A stretch of DNA of 64,000 nucleotides from an uncultured Chloroflexia bacterium (lineage in GTDB: Bacteria > Chloroflexota > Limnocylindria > Limnocylindrales > CSP1-4), in assembly GCA_963813335.1 (NCBI GenBank), contig CAWEYL010000003.1:1-64000 (forward strand), written 5' to 3'. The translations under genes were made by a program, and so were the position numbers. The notes beneath the pieces are model-generated. The model worked only from the letters and a program-made list of their open reading frames with translations, did not search any database and was not told where the DNA came from. Below, piece after piece: positions 59,610-64,000 of this stretch (position 1 is its first letter; each line of letters opens with the position of its first letter).

Positions 59610-60862
59610 GCGTCGAACCGGGTGAAGACGAGCGCCGTGTTCTGGCCGCCGAAGCCGAAGGAGTTGCTGATCGCCGTCCGGATCTCGCGCGACGCGGCGA
59701 CGTTCGGCGTCAGGTCCAGGCCGACGCTCTCCGGGTCCGGGTCGACGAGGTTGATGGTCGGCGGCACGCAGCCGGTCAGGATCGACTGGATCGTGACGAT
59801 CGCCTCGATCGCGCCCGCGGCCCCGAGGGTGTGCCCGAGCATCGACTTGTTCGCCGTGATCGCCACCCGGGACGCGCCGTCGCCGAAGATCGTGCGCATC
59901 GCCTGGAGCTCGGCCTTGTCGCCCTCCGGGGTCGAGGTGGCGTGGGCGTTGACGTGGTCGATGTCGGCCGGCTCGAGCCCGGCCTTGCCGAGCGCGATCC
60001 GGGCGGCGCGCACCGCACCGATGCCGCCCGGCGCCGGCAGCGTGATGTGCGAGGCGTCCGCCGTCGCGCCGTAGCCCACGAGCTCGGCATAGATGGTCGC
60101 CCCGCGCGCCTCGGCGTGCTCGAGGGCCTCGAGGATCACGACGCCGGACCCCTCGCCGATGACGAACCCGTCGCGTCCGGAATCGAACGGGCGCGAGGCG
60201 CCTTCCGGGTCGTCGTTCCGGGTCGACAGCGCGCGCATCGCCGCGAACCCGCCGACGAGCGGCTCGAAGATGCCGGCCTCGGTGCCGCCCGCGACCATGA
60301 CGTCGGCGTCGCCGCGGCGGATGATCTCCGACGATTCGCCGAGGGCGTGGCCGCCCGAGGCACAGGCCGAGACCGTCGTGAAGTTCGGGCCGGTCATCCC
60401 GAACGAGATCGCGATCTGGCCGGCACCGATGTTGGGGATGCCCATCGGGACGAGGAACGGGCTGATGCGGTCCGGACCGCGCAAGGCGTTCGTGGAGATG
60501 CCCTCGACGAGCGTCCCGACGCCGCCCAGCCCGGTGGCGAGGATCACCCCGGTCCGCTCGGCGAGCTCGCCCTCGAACCGCGCCGGGAGCCCCGCCTGGT
60601 CGAGCGCCTCGCGGGCGGCCACGAGCCCGAACTGGATGTAGCGGTCGGTCCGCCGGATGTCCTTCCTGTCGAGGATGTGCGACGCGTCGAAGTCGCGGAC
60701 CTCGGCGGCGATCCGCGAGGTCAGCCGCGACGGGTCCCAGGCCTCGATGGTGCGCACGCCGGACCGGCCGGCGACGAGGCCCGCCCAGGTCGTCGCCACG
60801 TCGTTGCCGAGGGCCGTCACGGCCCCCATCCCGGTCACGACCACGCGCCGCCGCTCGCTCAT
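59606..60862 (-). CDS. fabF: 3-oxoacyl-ACP synthase II
   Basis: RRVVVTGMG, SACASG, SRPFD..RDGFVIGEG, NAHATST, KSMLGHTLGAAG, NSFGFGG. Confidence 0.96.
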   Translation of the reverse strand: MSERRRVVVTGMGAVTALGNDVATTWAGLVAGRSGVRTIEAWDPSRLTSRIAAEVRDFDASHILDRKDIRRTDRYIQFGLVAAREALDQAGLPARFEGELAERTGVILATGLGGVGTLVEGISTNALRGPDRISPFLVPMGIPNIGAGQIAISFGMTGPNFTTVSACASGGHALGESSEIIRRGDADVMVAGGTEAGIFEPLVGGFAAMRALSTRNDDPEGASRPFDSGRDGFVIGEGSGVVILEALEHAEARGATIYAELVGYGATADASHITLPAPGGIGAVRAARIALGKAGLEPADIDHVNAHATSTPEGDKAELQAMRTIFGDGASRVAITANKSMLGHTLGAAGAIEAIVTIQSILTGCVPPTINLVDPDPESVGLDLTPNVAASREIRTAISNSFGFGGQNTALVFTRFDA

Positions 60863-61605
60863 CGCACGAGCTTGCCGGTGCGGACCGTGGCCGCGCGATA
60901 GACGTCGCCGGGGAGGCCGCGTGCCGAGATCGCGTTGGCGACCGAGAGCGCGTCGAACTCGGTCCGCTTGATCTCCGCCTCGACGTTGCCGTCGACCAGG
61001 TCGACCAGCGCCCAGGACGCCGTCGGGTCGCCATCGAAGACGTAGCCCGCCGACCCGGCGTTCACGATGATCTTCCAGCCCAGGTCGCGCACCTCGGGGA
61101 GGTGGGTGTGGCCGCAGGCGATGACCCGCGCGTCGGTCCGCGACACCCGCTCGAGGATGACGTTGGGGTCGAGCGCCTGGTCGAAGCCCGCGGTCTGCGA
61201 CCCGGGGGACGCGTGGCAGGCGAGGATCAGCGTGTCGTCGGTCGAGCGCGCCCGGCGCTCGTTCGGGAGGCGGCGCAGCCAGGCCAGCCGCTCGTCGCCG
61301 AGCGCGTCGTTGGCCCATTCGGCCGCGGCGAGGTACGTCTCGGGGACGCCGTCGGTCATCCACGGGAACGCCGCGGCGTAGTCGAAGTCGGCGACCGCGA
61401 CGTCCGTGTTCCCGGCGACCACCATCGCGCCGTCGGACTCCATCGTCCGCAGCAGGTCGATCACGCCGGCCGGGTCCGGTCCGTTGTAGACGAGGTCGCC
61501 GGCGACCGCGACGAGGTCCGGCCGGCTCGCGTGGACCGCCTTGCGGACGGCCTCGAGCGCCGGGAGGTTGCCGTGGATGTCGGAGATGATCGCGAGCCGG
61601 GTCAT
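60859..61605 (-). CDS. calcineurin-like metallophosphoesterase (YfcE/MJ0936-like)
   Basis: ISDIHGN, AGDLV, AGNTD, CHASP, CGHTH, VNAGS; 4-bp overlaps with fabZ and fabF. Confidence 0.9.
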   Translation of the reverse strand: MTRLAIISDIHGNLPALEAVRKAVHASRPDLVAVAGDLVYNGPDPAGVIDLLRTMESDGAMVVAGNTDVAVADFDYAAAFPWMTDGVPETYLAAAEWANDALGDERLAWLRRLPNERRARSTDDTLILACHASPGSQTAGFDQALDPNVILERVSRTDARVIACGHTHLPEVRDLGWKIIVNAGSAGYVFDGDPTASWALVDLVDGNVEAEIKRTEFDALSVANAISARGLPGDVYRAATVRTGKLVR

Positions 61606-62069
61606 CGGAGCACGCCCTCGCCCGGGATGATGAAGCTGATCGTGGTCTCGCAGGCGACCTCGCCGTCGACGCTGGCGACGCCGCGGCCGCGCCCGAAGCG
61701 GCCACCGAGCTTCTCCATCGTGACCTCGAGGCGGAGCGTGTCGCCCGGCACGACGATCCGCTTGAAGCGCGTGTCGTCGATCCCCGCGAAGAGCCCGATC
61801 CGGTCCCCGAAGCCGGGCTGCTTGGCGACGTAGATCGCCATGGTCTGGGCGAGCGCCTCCACCTGGAGGACGCCCGGCATGACCGGCAGGCCCGGGAAGT
61901 GGCCCTGGAAGAACCACTCCGTGGCGGTGACGCCCTTGATCCCCACGATCCGCTTCGCCTCGGGCTCGTACTCGACGATCCGGTCGACGAGGAGGAACGG
62001 CCAGCGATGCGGGATCAGTGCTTCGATCTCGCGGACCGAGTGGATCGTGGCGGGTGGCGCGTCGGTCAC
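61602..62069 (-). CDS. fabZ: 3-hydroxyacyl-ACP dehydratase
   Basis: IPHRWPFLLVDR, FFQGHFP..PVMPGVL.VEALAQ, FKRIVVPGD. Confidence 0.96.
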   Translation of the reverse strand: MTDAPPATIHSVREIEALIPHRWPFLLVDRIVEYEPEAKRIVGIKGVTATEWFFQGHFPGLPVMPGVLQVEALAQTMAIYVAKQPGFGDRIGLFAGIDDTRFKRIVVPGDTLRLEVTMEKLGGRFGRGRGVASVDGEVACETTISFIIPGEGVLR

Positions 62070-62148
62070 GGACAGCTCCTGGGGTGGGTTGACGGTCAGT
62101 CTGGCCGCTGCCGCGCGGGCCGAGCGGCGAGATGCGTGCAGGTATGCA

Positions 62149-63520
62149 TCACGTACGGGCGGCGGCGGTCAGGAAGGCGGCGCTCCCGATGCGGTCGAGC
62201 AGGTTCGTCGTGAACCGCCCGTCCAGGAAGACCTCGTTGGCCAGCAGGGCGCGCTGGATCGCGACGTTCGTGACGAGGCCGTCGATGACGAGCTCCTCGA
62301 GGGCCACCCGCCCGCGGGCGATGGCCGTCGCCCGGTCCGGGCCCCAGACGACCAGCTTGCCGAGGAGCGAGTCGTAGAACGGCGGGACTTCGTAGCCGGT
62401 GTACAGGTGCGAGTCCATCCGGACCCCGGGCCCGCCGGGCGCGTGGTAGCGCTCGACGATGCCGGCACCCGGGCGGAAGTCCGCCTCGGGATCCTCGGCG
62501 TTGATGCGGAACTCGATGACGTGGCCGCTGAACGCGACGTCCGCCTGGCTGAACCCGAGCGGCTCCCCGGCCGCGATGCGGATCTGGGTCGTCAGGAGGT
62601 CGATCCCGGTCAGCATCTCGGTGACCGGGTGCTCGACCTGGACGCGGCAGTTGATCTCGATGAAGTAGAAGCCGCCCGCGCTGTCCACCAGGAACTCGAG
62701 CGTCCCGACGTTCTCGTAGCCGGCCGCCACGACCGCCCGGAGGGCCCGCTCGGCGAGGTCCGCGCGAGCCGCCTCGGACAGCGCCGGCGTCGGCGCCTCC
62801 TCGAGGATCTTCTGGTGGCGGCGCTGGACGGAGCAGTCGCGCTCGCCGAGGTGGACGCCGTGGCCGTAGCGGTCGACCGCGACCTGGACCTCGACGTGGC
62901 GGTTCTCGTCGAGCCACTTCTCGAGGTAGAGCGAGTCGTCGCCGAAGGCCGCCTTCGCCTCGGAGCGGCAGACCTTGAGCACCGATTCGAGCTCGCGGGC
63001 CGTGCGCACCATGCGCATCCCCTTGCCGCCACCGCCCGCCGACGGCTTGATGAGGACCGGGTAACCGAGCCGCTCCGCCTCCGCGAGGGCGTGGGTCTCA
63101 TCGCGGAGCATGCCGTCGGAGCCCGGGATCGTCGGCAGGCCGTGCGCGCCCAGCAGCCGGCGGGTCGCCTCCTTGCTGGCGAACCGCTCGAGGACCGGGC
63201 CGGGCGGGCCGATGAAGGTGATGCCGTGGGCCGCGACGACGTCGGCGAAGCCCTCGTCCTCGGACAGGAAGCCGTAGCCCGGGTGGATGCCGTCGCAGCC
63301 GGTCACCAATGCGGCCGAGATGACCGCCGGCGCCGACAGGTACGAGCGCTTGGCGTCGGCCGGGCCGATGCAGATCGCCTCGTCGGCGAGCTGGACCGGC
63401 AGCGAGTCGCGGTCCGCCTCGCTGTAGGCCACGACCGCCTCGACACCGAGCGTCCGGCACGCCGCGCAGGATGCGCAGGGCGATCTCGCCGCGGTTGGCG
63501 ATGAGGATCTTGCGGAACAT
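62149..63520 (-). CDS. accC: acetyl-CoA carboxylase biotin carboxylase; one extra base near 63462
   Basis: MFRKILIANRGEIA, IHPGYGFLSE, GGGGKGMR, ERDCSVQRRHQK, VQVEHPVTE, RINAED, YDSLLGKL. Confidence 0.93.
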
Positions 63521-63523
63521 CGG

Positions 63524-64000
63524 TCAGGCGTCCCCGCCCGGGGCCGCGGCCGTGACGAGCTCGATGACGATCAGCTCCTGGCCGTATTCGACCGCGTCGC
63601 CGGGCTCGACGAGGCTCGCCCCGACCAGGCCGTCGACCGGGGTCACGACCTCCTGGGCGACCCCGAGCATGTCGACGATGCCGAGCCGGTCGCCGGCGCG
63701 GACCTTGGTCCCGGCACGGACCCCCGTCCGCGGCTGGAAGATGCCGACCGCCGGCGAGGTCGCGACGGAGCGGCGCGGGTCCGCACCGTCACGCCCATCA
63801 CGGCCGTCCCGGCCGGGGCCGACCGGCGTCAGCGTGGCGACCGCCGGATGGCTCGCGTGCGCTGACGATCCGCGGCTCGACCGCTCCGAGGAGCGCTTGC
63901 CGGCAGGGGTGGCCGGGCGGCGCAGGCGGACCTTCCAGTCGCCCTCGCGGACCTCGAGCTCGCCGAGGCCGGTCGCCGCGAGCTTGGCGATCAGCGCCGG
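63524..64000 (-). CDS. BCCP-like protein lacking the biotinylation lysine (5' end outside the window)
   Basis: Manual translation (not in the ORF track): ...LGELEVREGDWKVRLRR...ATSPAVGIF...VRAGDRLGIVDMLGVAQEV..PVDG....LVEPGDAVEYGQEL..IE; stop 3 nt before the accC ATG. Confidence 0.85.
   Translation of the reverse strand, partial: PALIAKLAATGLGELEVREGDWKVRLRRPATPAGKRSSERSSRGSSAHASHPAVATLTPVGPGRDGRDGRDGADPRRSVATSPAVGIFQPRTGVRAGTKVRAGDRLGIVDMLGVAQEVVTPVDGLVGASLVEPGDAVEYGQELIVIELVTAAAPGGDA

Overview
Very GC-rich bacterial chromosomal DNA (roughly 70-73% GC by eye), densely coding with about 55 genes. Gene content and style suggest a Gram-positive-type soil or freshwater lineage, plausibly Chloroflexota of the Limnocylindria/Ellin6529 type; this is inference, as no marker gene is present. 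No rRNA, tRNA, CRISPR array, IS transposase or prophage gene was seen. Content in order: alpha/beta hydrolase, SpoIID/LytB, tag, MFS, aquaporin, an oligopeptide-type ABC operon with solA, vapBC, NUDIX, CocE/NonD, methyltransferase, aminotransferase, a cyclic-nucleotide module (FOXRED2-like flavoprotein, two stand-alone cNMP-binding proteins, cyclase-STAND-TPR), thyX, AlkZ-like glycosylase, PNP, moaA, a coiled-coil/CpaE-MinD pair, acs, mscS, an IclR amine-catabolism set, DUF885, a degenerate DNA-methylase/nuclease fusion, TPR-HIRAN, polX, two diguanylate cyclases, an MgtE-N/NRAMP-like pair, and a fatty-acid operon (accB-like, accC, fabZ, phosphoesterase, fabF, accB, fabH, fabG, MBL-rhodanese). 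Six genes carry single-base frameshifts, mostly in G/C runs and including essential accC, which most likely reflects long-read assembly error. Best leads: (1) a BCCP paralog lacking the biotinyl lysine (BADC-like) in the acc/fab operon; (2) the cNMP signalling module; (3) the pseudo-methylase/nuclease fusion; (4) a DnaA-box cluster over a promoter driving a ~240-nt structured RNA; (5) a family of ~190-210 bp inverted-repeat elements; (6) pervasive leaderless gene starts.
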